A program made the translations under genes and the position numbers. Source: Malacoraja senta (Eukaryota). Taken from it: a DNA stretch of 63,859 nucleotides. Shown piece after piece: positions 52,729 through 63,859 of the stretch (position 1 is its first letter; each line of letters begins with the position of its first letter). The stretch is taken from NCBI GenBank assembly GCA_038087875.1, contig JAXLNO010001653.1, positions 142 to 64,000 on the forward strand, written 5' to 3'. Below the pieces are notes generated by a model. It was not told the origin of the DNA, ran no database searches, and saw only the letters and a program-made list of their open reading frames with translations.

Positions 52729-53255
52729 CTTACTGATCAACATTTGGAAATATGATATTCAGATATTCCACCCACAAAGGGAAGTCACGGCAGTTATTTG
52801 GTTCACAGGCCACCATTTATTGCTCCGTGTGTCATTAAAGAGTAAAATCTTGGGGTAGGTATTGGAAATATCAGGAAGATAAAAAGAGATCAGGTCCCAA
52901 AATAGTTAGTATGGACTTGATGGGTCAAAGGGCTTGTTTCTGTGCTGCACTCTCAATTAGTTGCATCACATCATATTTATAAGTCGTAACCTTCAGTTGA
53001 TTAGTCTAACAAGGGTTCATTCGCTCGTGTGTCAGACAAGGTGTAGCTCACTGTTGGCTTCTGTCGTCGTCCAACATGTTGACAGAATTCGTCGCCCGAT
53101 GCATCTCAGAGTGCATCGTGTCGTCGGTTCCGTGGATCGCCACGAGGAGGCTTCTGCATGATCCCCCACAAAAGGGTGACACGGTGGAACAGCGGTAGAG
53201 TTACTGCCTTACAGCTCAAGAGACCGCCAGGTTCAATCCTGACCATGGGTGCTGT

Positions 53256-53731
53256 CATAGAAACATAGAAAATAGGTGCAGGAGTAGGCCATTCGGCCCT
53301 TCGAGCCTGCACCGCCATTCAATATGATCATGGCTGATCATCCAACTCAGTATCCTGTACCTGCCTTCTCTCCATACCCCCTGATCCCTTTAGCCACAAG
53401 GGCCACATCTAACTCCCTCTTAAATATAGCCAATGAACTGGCCTCAACTACATTCTGTGGCAGAGAATTCCACAGATTCACCACTCTCTGTGTGAAAAAT
53501 GATTTTCTCATCTCGGTCCTAAAAGACTTCCCTCTTATACTTAAACTGTGACCCCTTGTTCTGGACTTCCCCTACATCGGGAACAATCTTCCTGCATCTA
53601 GCCTGTCCAACCCCTTAAGAATCTTGTAAGTTTCTATAAGATCCCCCCTCAATCTTCTAAATTCTAGCGAGTACAAGCCAAGTCTATCCAGTCTTTCTTC
53701 ATATGAAAGTCCTGCCATCCCAGGAATCAGT
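53256..53731 (-). mobile_element. CR1 3' fragment inserted into a SINE (SINE halves ~53175-53255 and ~53732-53935)
   Basis: The SINE sequence GGGTGCTGTC|TATATGGAG is split by a CR1 end with a full tail. Confidence 0.85.
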
Positions 53732-54087
53732 CTATATGGAGTTTTTACATTCTACCTGTGGGTTTTCCCTGGGTGCTCCAGCTTCCTCCCACACTCCTAA
53801 GATGAGTTTGTAGTTTAATAGGGTTTGGTAAAGATTATAAATTGTTGCTAGTCTATAGGATATTGCTACTGTACGGTGATCGCTGTTCAGCGTGGACTTG
53901 GTGGGCTGAAGAGCCTGTTCCAATGCTATATATCTATACCATCTTCAGCTGCAATATTCAGTAAGTTGTCCAAATCGGATTGCACCATGCCAGTACATCA
54001 AGAGCAGACTAAAAATATCAATGTAACATTTAACTTCTGCTTTGATATGACCTCCTGGTGACTTGTTCACCACATCCCCCTTTGACA

Positions 54088-54101
54088 GGGAGTTCCCCAA
54101 T
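54088..54101. promoter_or_regulatory. NF-kB-like site overlapping a CCAAT box
   Basis: GGGAGTTCCCCAAT matches GGGRNWYYCC and lies in unique sequence ~2 kb upstream of the alpha1 exon. Motif match only. Confidence 0.2.
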
Positions 54102-54625
54102 CATCTCACTGGAGAGGCCCCACATTCACACTTACTCAAATACCACACATTTCCTGCTAGACTAGTTTTTCAACTGTTTACTCTCACAGTCTGCCCTGTG
54201 AACATGCAGAAATTAACATCACAAAAAATCAGGATTGAACAACTCATTATCAACCTTAGACACAGAGTGCTAAAGTAACTCAGCGAGACCGGCAGCATCT
54301 CTGGAGAAAAAGGCTGGATGACACTTTGGGTCGGGACCCTACTTCAGTCTCAAGCAGGGTTAGTCTGAAGAAGGGTCCCAACCCGATACATCAGTCTGAA
54401 GAAGGATCCCAACCTGAAGCTTCACCCAGCATCACCCATCCTTTTTCTACAGAGATGCTGTAGAACACCTCTGACCCGTTGAGTTACTCCAGCACTTTGT
54501 GACTCTTGTGGTACAAACCAGCATCTGCAGTTCGTTGTTTCTACATCATTATCTATCTCTTTGAGAAAGCGTTCCCATAGAATTTGCATCCTAACAAAAT
54601 AAGATCACACAAAGTTACCAATAAG

Positions 54626-54945
54626 GGCGGCACAGTGGCACAGTGGTAGAGTTGCTGCCTTACAGTGTTTGCGGTGCCAGAGACCCGGTTTCAATCCTGA
54701 CTATGGGTGCTGTCTGTACGGAGTTAGTACGTTCTCCCCGTGACCTGCGTGGATTTTCGCTGAGATCTTCGATTTCCTCCCACTCCAAAGACGTGCAGGA
54801 ATGTAGGTTAATTGGCTTGATGCATGTGTCAAATTGTCCCTCGTGTGCATAGGATAGTGTTGGTGTGCGGGTTAGTCGCTGGCCGGTGCAGACTCAGTGG
54901 GCCGAAAGGCCTGTTTCCACGCTGTGTATCTAAATTAAAAAACTA
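54626..54945 (+). mobile_element. tRNA-derived SINE (HE1/V-SINE-like)
   Basis: GGGCGGCACAGTGGCACAGTGGTAGAG A-box region and GGTTTCAATCC B-box-like; full body. Confidence 0.8.
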
Positions 54946-55467
54946 AAGAACCTATTTTACATATCTCACTTCCTTTGTTGGTTCACGCAGTGTTCTCTCT
55001 GGTGTAGACTGCTTGAGCCATTTTCAGTGCTTATTCTGGCTAATAGAGATAGCAACATGAAAACCACAGAAAGAATCTTAAAATAAACTGAATCCTGCAG
55101 CATATAAACAGGCCCTTTTGCCCAATCTTGTCTATGCTGACCGAGATGTTTATCTACAATTACATGAATTACGCCCTTATCCCTCCCTGACTTTCCTACC
55201 AAAAGTCCAAATGCTTTATAGACATTGTGATTATATCTGCCTCTACCATCTCCCCTGCAGCTCATTCCAGATAACTACTGCGGTGAGAAACGTCTGCTCA
55301 GATCCCCTTGACATTTCTCTCCCATCACCTTAAACCTCCAGTTCTAGTCCCCACTGCCCCGGGAAAGAGACAGTTACTCTCTATCCTATCTATACCCTAA
55401 AGATAGACACAAAATGCTGGAGCAGGGCAGGCAGTATTTCTGATGAGAAGGAATGGATGATGTTTAG

Positions 55468-55834
55468 AAACGTCACTCATTCCTTCCCTCCAAAGATGCT
55501 ACCTGTCCTGCTGAGTTACTCCAGCATTTTATGTCTGTCTTCGGTGTAAACCAACATCTGTTAATCCTTCCTGAAGAAGGATGTCGACCCGAAATGTCAC
55601 CCATTCCTTCTCTCCAGTGATACTGCCTGTCCCACTGAGTTACACCAGCATTTTATGTCTGTCTTCGGTGTAAACCAGCATCTGTAGATCCTTCCTGAAG
55701 AAGGGTTTCGACCCAAAAAGGTCTCGACCCGAAATATCACCCATTCCTTCTCTCCAATGATGCTGCGTGTCCCACTGAGTTACTCCAGCTTTTTGTGTCT
55801 TTCTTCAGTTTAAACCTGCATCTGCAGATCCTTC
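55468..55834 (+). repeat. Head-to-tail array of ~124-nt Penelope-terminus-derived units
   Basis: CTGAAGAAGG restarts at 55571 and 55695, preceded by a partial first unit. Confidence 0.8.
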
Positions 55835-56149
55835 CGACACAATCTATAGCCCTCATTATTTCACTCCTGCATTCTAGTGAGAATAAATGCAGCCTATCCA
55901 ATCTCTTCACATAACACCAGACCTCTATTCCAGGCAACAACCTGGCAAAACCCTTCTGCACTACTTTTGATGCCATCACATCCTTTTTAGTTTAGAGATA
56001 CATTGCAGAAACAGGCCCTTCGGCCCACGCCAACCAGTGATCCCCACACAATAACGTTAGTAGTGGAGCGACCAGAAGTCTACACAATACTCCATGTGCA
56101 GCCTAACCAATGTTTTGTTTGATTTCTCAACTCATATACTTGATGCCAG

Positions 56150-56730
56150 AGTCTATTCAGTTATACAGGGCCTTGGTGAGACTGCACCTGGAGTATTTTG
56201 TGCAGTCTTGGTCGCCTAGTTTGAGGAAGGACATTCTTGCTATTGAAGGAGTGCAGCAAAGTTCACCAGGTTAATTCCCGGGATGGCGGGACTGTCATAT
56301 AATAAAAGAATGAATCGACTGGGATTATATTCACTGGAAATCAGAAGGATGAGAGGGGATCTGATAGAAATAGAATACTAATAAGGGATTTGACAGACTA
56401 GATGCAGGAAAAATATTCTCAATGTTGGGGGAGTCCAGAACCAGGGGTCACAGTTTACGAATAAGGGGTAGGCCATTTAGGATTGAGATGGGGAAAACCT
56501 TTTCACCCAGAGTGTTGTGAATCTGTGGAATTCTCTGCCACAGAAGGCAGCGGAGACCAATTCACTGAATGTATTCAAGAGAGAGTTAGCTCTTAGGGTT
56601 AACGAAATCAAGAGATATGGGGAGAAAGCAGGAACAGGGTACTGATTCTGGTTGATCACCCATGACCATATCGAATGGTGGTGCTGGCTTGAAGGGCCAA
56701 ATGGCCTACTCCTGCACCAATTTTTATATG
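56150..56730 (+). mobile_element. Old CR1 3' fragment
   Basis: cagggccttggtgagactgcacctggagtatt ... cacccagagtgttgtgaatctgtggaattctctgcc and the CR1 tail. Confidence 0.8.
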
Positions 56731-57423
56731 TTTCTCTGTCTAAGTGGACAAACATGCCAAAGTGCATTTTTTGCTTTCCTGTCTACCCTTGTCAGCATTT
56801 TCACGTATCAATGAACTTGCAACCCAAGGACACTCTGTATATTAACACCCCTCAGGTTCTTACCGTTTATGTCCTAGCAGAACATGACATGCCGACACGC
56901 ACAACTTCACACATGTCTGGATTACATTCCTTCTGCTATTGCTCCATCCAGCTCTCTAGCTAATCTGTATCCCACTGGATCCATAGACAACCTTCTTCAA
57001 TGTACATGTCATCTGTAAACCTACTAATCAAACCACCAATATTCACATCCACATCATATATACTATCCACTGCAAAACACAAAGGGCTGCAGGGACTCAG
57101 CAGGTCAGGTAATATCTGGAGGGATTTTTTCCCCACCAAGGATAAATATTATTCAGAATAATGAAATGTATACAAAACAAGAACAGGGCAAACAATGTTT
57201 CTGCCATTCTCAGTGTCCACACATGGATTAATTACGGTTATTTTTGGTTGTGTTCACAAACTATCCTTATATCAAGCACCCTTGCCACTCGTATAGCCCT
57301 CCTGGGTTGATAGCCCGTCCCTTGTTTGAGGGGCGTCTTCACCAGTTGCAGCCCCCCAATGTATTGCCACGAAGGACCCTAGACTGTAGACCTCCACTGA
57401 GCCTTGGTGTTGGCTGCACCAAG

Positions 57424-58120
57424 CTCCAGTGAGTCCCTCAGCACGTAGTCCTGCAATCTGGAATGGACAGATGATGTTTTGGGTCAGACACTTCTTCAGA
57501 CTGATTGTAATAGAAAGCTGAAAAAGAGATGTGGGGCTGGGACAAAGCCTGGCAAGTGATACAGGTGATAAGACATAAAATGCTGGAGTAACTCAGCGGG
57601 CCAGGCAACATCTCTGGAGAGAAGGAATGGGTGCCTTTTTAGGTCGAGATTCTTCTTCAGACTAGTTGGGGATAAGGGAAACAAGAGATACAGACAATGA
57701 TGTTGAGAGATAAAGAACAATGAATGAAAGATATGCAAAAAAGTAACGATGATAAAGGAAACAGGCCATTGTTATTTATTTGTTGGGTGAAAACGAGAAG
57801 CTGGTGCGAGTTGAGAACAGATTTTGATAAGTAGACGGGTGGAGTAAGTGGCAACGGCTAGAGGTGAAAAGGTGACAAAGGGTCTGAAGAAGGGTCTCGA
57901 CCAGAAACATCACCCATTCCTTCTCTCCAGAGATGTTGCCTGTTCCGCTGAGTTACTCCAGCTTTTTGTGTCTTATCGCCTGTATCACTTGCCAGGCTTT
58001 GTCCCAGCTCCACATCTCTTTTTCAGCTTTCTATTACAATCAGTCTGAAGAAGTGTCTGACCCAAAACATCATCTGTCCATTCCAGACTGCAGGAGTACG
58101 TGCTGAGGGACTCACTGGAG
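57424..58120. repeat. Long inverted repeat (~237-bp arms, ~220-bp spacer)
   Basis: 57424-57661 is the reverse complement of 57883-58120 at high identity. Confidence 0.85.
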
Positions 58121-58189
58121 AGTTTTAACCAGCATCAGCAGTTCCTTCCTGTACATCGTGCCTTGTGCAGCATTGTTCTGTGTCTCCAA

Positions 58190-59245
58190 ATAGAGTGTAA
58201 ACGTTCCTCCGTCTACGCCGCATCTGCTCCCAGGATGAGGCGTTCCACACCAGGGCATCTGAAATGTCCTCATTCTTCAGGGAACGGGGGTTCCCCTCCT
58301 CCACCATAGATGAGGCTCGCACCAGGGTCTCTGCCATACACCGCAACACTGCTCTCTCTCCCCATCCCCCCACTCACAACAAGGGCAGAGTCCCCCTAGT
58401 CCTCACCTTTCACCCCACCAGCCGTCACATACAACAAGTGATCCTCCGTCAGTTTTGCCACCTCCAACGTGACCCCACCACTCGCCACTTCTTCCCATCT
58501 CCCCCCATGTCTGCCTTCCGCAAAGACCGCTCCCTCCGTAACTCCCTTGTCAATTCTTCCCGTCCCTCCCGTACCACCCCCTCCCCGGGTACTTTCCCTT
58601 GCAACCGCAAGAGATGCAACACTTGTCCCTTCACCTCCCCCCTCGACTCCATCCAAGGACCCAAGCAGTCGTTCCAGGTGCGACAGAGGTTCACCTCCAT
58701 CTCCTCCAACCTCATCTATTGCATCCGCTGCTCTAGATGCCAGCTGATCTACATCGGTGAGACCAAGCGGAGGCTTGGCGATCGTTTCGCCGAACACCTC
58801 CGGTCGGTCCGCAATAACCAACCTGACCTCCCGGTGGCTCAGCACTTCAACTCCCCCTCCCATTCCGTATATGACCTCTCTGTCCTGGGTCTCCTCCATG
58901 GCCACAGCGAGCAACACCGTAAATTGGAGGAAATGCACCTCATATTCCGCTTGGGCAGCCTGCACCCTAGTGGCATGAACATTGAATTCTCCCAACTCTG
59001 CTAGCCCTTGCTGTCCCCTCCCCTTCATCAGCCCTCTGGTTGTCTCCTCCCCTCCCCCAGCCCTCGGGCTCCTCTTCCGCCTTTTTTCCTTTTTTCCTTT
59101 CTTCTCCCCACCCCCTTTCAGTCTGAAGAAGGGTTTCGGCCCGAAACGTTGCCTATTTCCTTCGCTCCATAGATGCTGCTGCACCCGCTGAGTTTCTCCA
59201 GCATTTTTGTGTACCTTCGATTTTCCAGCATCTGCAGTTCCTTCT
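58190..59245 (+). mobile_element. Penelope-like element 3' part (GIY-YIG endonuclease) with terminal repeat
   Basis: ORF 58264-59004: FFRERGFP, RVPLVLTFHP, CNRKRCNTCP, NLIYCIRCSRCQLIYIGETKR, VAQHFN, LHPSGMNIEF. Confidence 0.92.
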
Positions 59246-59589
59246 TTAACACAACAGAGTGTAAATAAAACCTGGCATCCTCTGTGCCATTTAAATTAAT
59301 TATGATTGATGTATATTTTTATTCCATGCAATCTTACAAAGTATTCCACAATACACCACTCGGCAGCATTCAGTGGATGGTGCCTGAGGCAAGGCAGCTC
59401 TTTGAACTAGTTCATGGATCACATGTGTATTCTTTTTACATTGTCTTTTACAATTTAGTTGACCAATTAGTTTAAATATTTTTCCCCCAAGTTACTGAAC
59501 TTTTTCCACAGGAAGTACTTTTTTATGGCCCATTCTAGTGAGAATATTGATGACTGAAAAACAAGAAAACTGTTCTTCTGTACTCACTC

Positions 59590-60310
59590 TAAACTCATGA
59601 CTGCGTAGCTAGACGTAGTCCGAACTCCATCATCAAGTTCGCCGACGACACCACTGTTGTGGGACGAATCACTGATGGTGATGAGTCAGAGTATATTAGT
59701 GAGATCGACCGATTGACCAAATGGTGCCAGCACAATAACCCGGCCCTCAACACCAGTAAAACCAAGGAACTGATTGTGGACTTTGGAAGAGGTAGGATAG
59801 GAACCCACAATCCCGTTTATATCCCGGGACGATGGTGGAAAGGGTCAAGAACTTCAAATTCCTGGGCATGCATATTTCCGAAGATCTTTCCAGGTCCCAA
59901 CACACTGACGCAATCATAAAGAAGGCACAGCAGCGCCTCTACTTCCTGAGAAGATTACGGAGAGTTGGTATGTCAAGGAGGACTGTCTCGGACTTCTACA
60001 GGTGCACAGTAGAGAGCATGCTGACTGGTTGCATCGTGGCTGGGTTCGGCAACTTGAACGTCCAGGAGCGGAAATGAATCCACAAAGTTTGTGACTACTG
60101 CCCAGTCCATCTTCGGCTCTGACCTCCCTTCCATCGAAGGGATCCATCGCAGTCGCTGCCTCAAAATGGCTGCCAACAGACCCGCACCATCCTGGCCACA
60201 CACTCATCTCTCCGTTGCCATCAGGAAGAAGGTGCAGGAACTTGAAATCTGGAACATCCAGGTTCAAGAACATCTTCTTCCCCACAGCCATCAGGCTATT
60301 AAACACGACA
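59590..60310 (+). mobile_element. L2/Rex1-Babar-type LINE RT 3' fragment
   Basis: IIKFADDTTVVG, LNTSKTKELIVDF, KFLGMHISEDLS, KKAQQRLYFLRRL. Confidence 0.8.
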
Positions 60311-60517
60311 TCAAACAAACTCTGAACAATAACAGCCTATTGCACTTTAAATGTTTATTTATTGTGTATATATATGGTCTATGGTATATAGACACACTGA
60401 ACTTTTATCTCTGTATTATGTTTACATATTCTGTTGTGCTGCAGCAAGCAAGAATTCATTGTCCTATCTGGGACACATGACAAAAAAAAACTCTTGACTT
60501 TTGGGCAGCACTATTAT

Positions 60518-60878
60518 GGGTGGCACGGTGCAGTAGAGGTAGAGTGACTGCCTCACAGTGCCAGAGACCCGGGTTCGGTAGACCTGGTAGAGTGACTGCC
60601 TCACAGTGCCAGAGACCCGGGTTCGATCCTAACTATAGGTGCTGTCTGTATGGAGTTTGTACGTTCTCCCTGTGATCTGCATGGGTTTTCTCCAAGACCA
60701 TCGATTTCCTCCCACACTCCAAAGACATACATGTTTATAGGTTAATGGGCTTGGTGTAAATATTAAATTGTCCCAGGTTTGTGTGTAGGGTAGCGTTAAG
60801 GTGCGGGAATTGCTGGCCGGTGCAGACTCGGTGGGCCAAAGGGCCTGTTTCTGCTCTATATCTCTAAACTAAACTATT
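60518..60878 (+). mobile_element. tRNA-derived SINE with a duplicated head
   Basis: GGTAGAGTGACTGCCTCACAGTGCCAGAGACCCGGGTTCG occurs twice (~60538 and ~60586). Confidence 0.8.
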
Positions 60879-62274
60879 AACGTGTGTACCAAATCACTGA
60901 GGAGAATAAAGTCATCGAACACAGAAATTTGTGTCATAGTTTAAAAATAAGGGATAGGCCATTTAGGAATGAGATAAGGAAAAACGTTTTCACCCAGAGA
61001 GTTGTATATCTGTGGTCTTCTCTGCCACAGAAGGCAGTGGAGACCAATTCACTGGATGTTTTCAAGATAGAGTTAGATTTAGCTCTTAGGGCTAATGGAA
61101 TCAAGGGTATGGGTAAAAAGCAGGAACGGGGTACTGATTTTGGATGATCAGCATGCGTGCTGGCGCGGTCTTCACCCTCTGACATCTAGATTATGAAGGG
61201 TATCTTCAACTCAAAACCTCCCAGGCCTAGGGACGTAGAGATATGGGTTGTTAACATTGTGCTACGTCAATTCGCCGGTGGGCTCCAGCTACATCCCTGT
61301 CCTTGGTCAAACTCACTTACTCGTGATTATGCTCATGGCGCTGAGTTCAGCGCAACGGGTCCAGTCATTGCATAAGTTAACACTGGATAGGAAGATCTGC
61401 GGGCAATAATAAGGTTTTATGTTTATGACTTAGTCAAGCAGCGTAGACCAGGGGCATAAGGTCAAACTAGATGTTTGCATATCCCATGGACCTTGGGTTG
61501 TGTGGGGTCACACATCTACACCAGAATGTTAAGGTCCCTAAGAGCCTTATAGACTCTGAACTAGCAACATTGTTAGTTACATAAAACCTCGTTAGAAGGT
61601 ATCACTACAGACCATCTCCAGGGGGTTAAACGGGTCTGGCTTACGGGCCTACTCCTGCACCTACAGTATTTTCTATGTTTCCATGTAAATCTCACATTCC
61701 AATTAATCTCCTCTCTCAATTTTCCCACCACCCACATTCACTTGGGGAAAATTACCTTCCAGTCAAATAACTTGATCCTACCTCACAAATGTTTATAAAC
61801 ACTTTAAGTGTAACCTTGTTAAATGTCTTCTGAACAGAAGTGATTCATCTTCCCATTTTCTCTACCATCTCAAAAATGTAGATACTTCAGCCGGCATAAC
61901 TACACTTTTACACATCCTTACTCTTCTCTCTGATAAATTCACAGCAGGTCAAGAGCACAATTGCTCAAGCCCTGAGGAATGTATTGCTGGACTCGACTCT
62001 CAATATTAATCAGCAAAAGACCCATGTTCTAGGCTATGATTACATTACAAATCTATCATACAACCTTTCCATTTTCAGTGGAAAATAAGGTAAAATAATG
62101 ACATGGTGCTATAAACTTGACACAGAAATATAACATGTTGGAAATGATCCAACAGCATCTGTGGAGGTAAATAGAGTTGCAACAATTTAGTTGCCAAATT
62201 AAATGATGAAAGTCTAGAACGCGAATTCAGATTTCCTCTCCTTAGGCTTGAACTTTTCCTTGCTTTCTTGGTAT

Positions 62275-62560
62275 TTAGTTTAATTTAGAGATACAGTGCA
62301 GAAACCGGTCCTTCAGCCCACCGAATCCACGCCGACCAGCGATCCCCGCACACTATCACTATTCTATGCACGCTTGGGACAATTTAGAATTTTACTGAGC
62401 AAATTGGTATGTCATTGGAGTGTGGGAGGAAACCGGAGGAAACCTGCGCCTGTCATGGGAAGTACGTACAAACTCCTTGCAGACTGAAACCGTAGTCAGG
62501 ATCAAACCCGGGTCCCTTGCGCTGTAAGGCAGCAGATCAGCCGCTGCACCACCGTGCCAA
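62275..62560 (-). mobile_element. tRNA-derived SINE (HE1/V-SINE-like)
   Basis: Reverse strand GGCACGGTGGTGCAGCGG...GACCCGGGTTTGATCC. Confidence 0.8.
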
Positions 62561-62629
62561 ACCATATTTTTAGCATTTCCTGCCAAATCCTAAACTGTAT
62601 CAGAAGATGACTTCTCATGCAATCTTGGT

Positions 62630-63479
62630 CTTATGTCATTTCAAATATTGTTTTGAAAATATTACTACACACTCTAGGTATGTTACAAAACTTACCTTCA
62701 GTGGCGCTGCAGTTCTGTCACTGCCCGTGTGCGCGACTTTGGCGCCTTTGAGAGGGGGGCGGGTTTAAAATGCGATATTTCGGCAGCCTGTTCTAAACGA
62801 TCTTGAACAGGTTAAATAGTTGATGAAGAAAAATCGCTTCGACTGCCGTTTTATTACGTTTATTAAAATTAGCGCTTTATAATTTAATTGTTGGAGTAAA
62901 ATTAAAATCATCTTCAAATGCCGTCAACGCCGACAACGGGACAGATTTCACGCACGGGACAAGGCAAGGTACACCGTTTATTTTTTCGTATAAACCTGCT
63001 TCTTAGGATGCCTTTAATAAAAATTTCAAGTTGCGAAAATGTGATTATGTAAATATACCAACCGGCAGTATTTTTCCTGCCGATATTGGGGTTTAATTCA
63101 GTGTAACCGCAACGTTCCAAACCAGCGCGTTCCACAAAATCCCACTCGCAAGATGATTTAAATGGCCATTAATTTACAGGAATTAAACACTAAATTCCTT
63201 CCATTTGGCCCATAAATTAATGACAATGAGATTAAAAAATAATGTTTTATTGTGAATTCTTGTGTGAATGTTATTTGGACACTTAGGCTTTTTTAAAATG
63301 TTAACTTTTTCTTAAGAAATGGATAGATATTTAGATCTAGTAATTGAATTTTGTAATTAGCTACAATTGGGTAACTAACTAATTATATGCTTTAATTTCA
63401 GGTCATCCAAGTAAGATTGTTTCATATTTGTTTCAGAATGCTTCAATCTATAATAACTGAAAATTTCATTAAGTTCTCT
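62630..63479. mobile_element. Unclassified non-autonomous DNA element, possibly Kolobok-like
   Basis: Ends ...AAGTTCTCT followed by TTAA (RR...YY termini with a TTAA target fit Kolobok). The left end was not found. Confidence 0.35.
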
Positions 63480-63482
63480 TTA

Positions 63483-63859
63483 AGGCTCTGTCCCACGGGT
63501 TTGCGGTCATTGGCGGTGAAGCGCGGCGTCGCCGGAAGAGGGGACCGCATGGCAACCGCGAGAGCGCCGCACGGATGCTGCGCGGGGGCCGAGTGATCTC
63601 CTTACGGCCGGTTCCACGAGCCTGCGGCGTCGGGTGATGACGACATCACGCAACGCGCAGCGCTATGCGATGACATCATCGCGCAACGCGACGCGCTACG
63701 CGATGACGTCATTTCGTATCGCGGGGCTGTGGCGGCGGTAGTGGTGATCGCGGCGCTGTGGCGGCGGCTGTGGCAGTGCCCGTGCCGCACACGTGCCTCA
63801 CTGGCGGCGGCTGTGGCGGTGCCCGTGCCGCACACTTGCCTCACTGGCGGCGGCTGTGG
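63483..63859. mobile_element. PIF/Harbinger-like MITE, runs off the window
   Basis: TTA followed by AGGCTCTGTCCCAC resembles the TIR at 43996; GC-rich interior with short tandem repeats. Confidence 0.6.

Noticed and set aside
53938-53990. Phase-1 mini-exon MVQSDLDNLLNIAAED as the MHC leader
   Set aside because: Not hydrophobic; resembles the LINE RT QxDLDxL motif.
63602-63859. GC/CpG-rich end as the MHC promoter CpG island
   Set aside because: Begins at a Harbinger-like TIR and is internally repetitive, so TE-derived.

Overview
Eukaryotic, repeat-dense vertebrate genomic DNA. The repeat complement (CR1/HER1-type LINEs, tRNA-headed HE1/V-SINE-like SINEs, Penelope/GIY-YIG elements) and the one host gene point to a cartilaginous fish, probably a skate or ray (inference). 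The only host gene I can support is a minus-strand MHC class I heavy-chain gene. Four exons (alpha1 52064-51804, alpha2 36739-36464, alpha3 28244-27978, TM 25281-25174) have GT-AG borders, are all joined by phase-1 introns and splice into one open frame. The protein keeps Y7, Y59, R84, K146, W147, the N86 glycan and both disulfides, but has lost T143, Y159, Y171 and the usual CD8-contact acidic residues, so it looks non-classical. The leader exon and any cytoplasmic exon were not identified. Most of the remainder is transposon-derived: young CR1s, a 5'-truncated L1, a complete fossil hAT with TSD, Harbinger-, Kolobok- and CAGGG-type non-autonomous elements, and Penelope fragments whose ends carry a hammerhead-ribozyme-like core. 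That core is amplified as ~190-bp palindromes and a ~124-nt tandem array. The first 4 kb is a polypyrimidine satellite punctuated by a conserved ~50-bp core. Exon, TIR and TSD coordinates were counted base by base; most other repeat boundaries are approximate.
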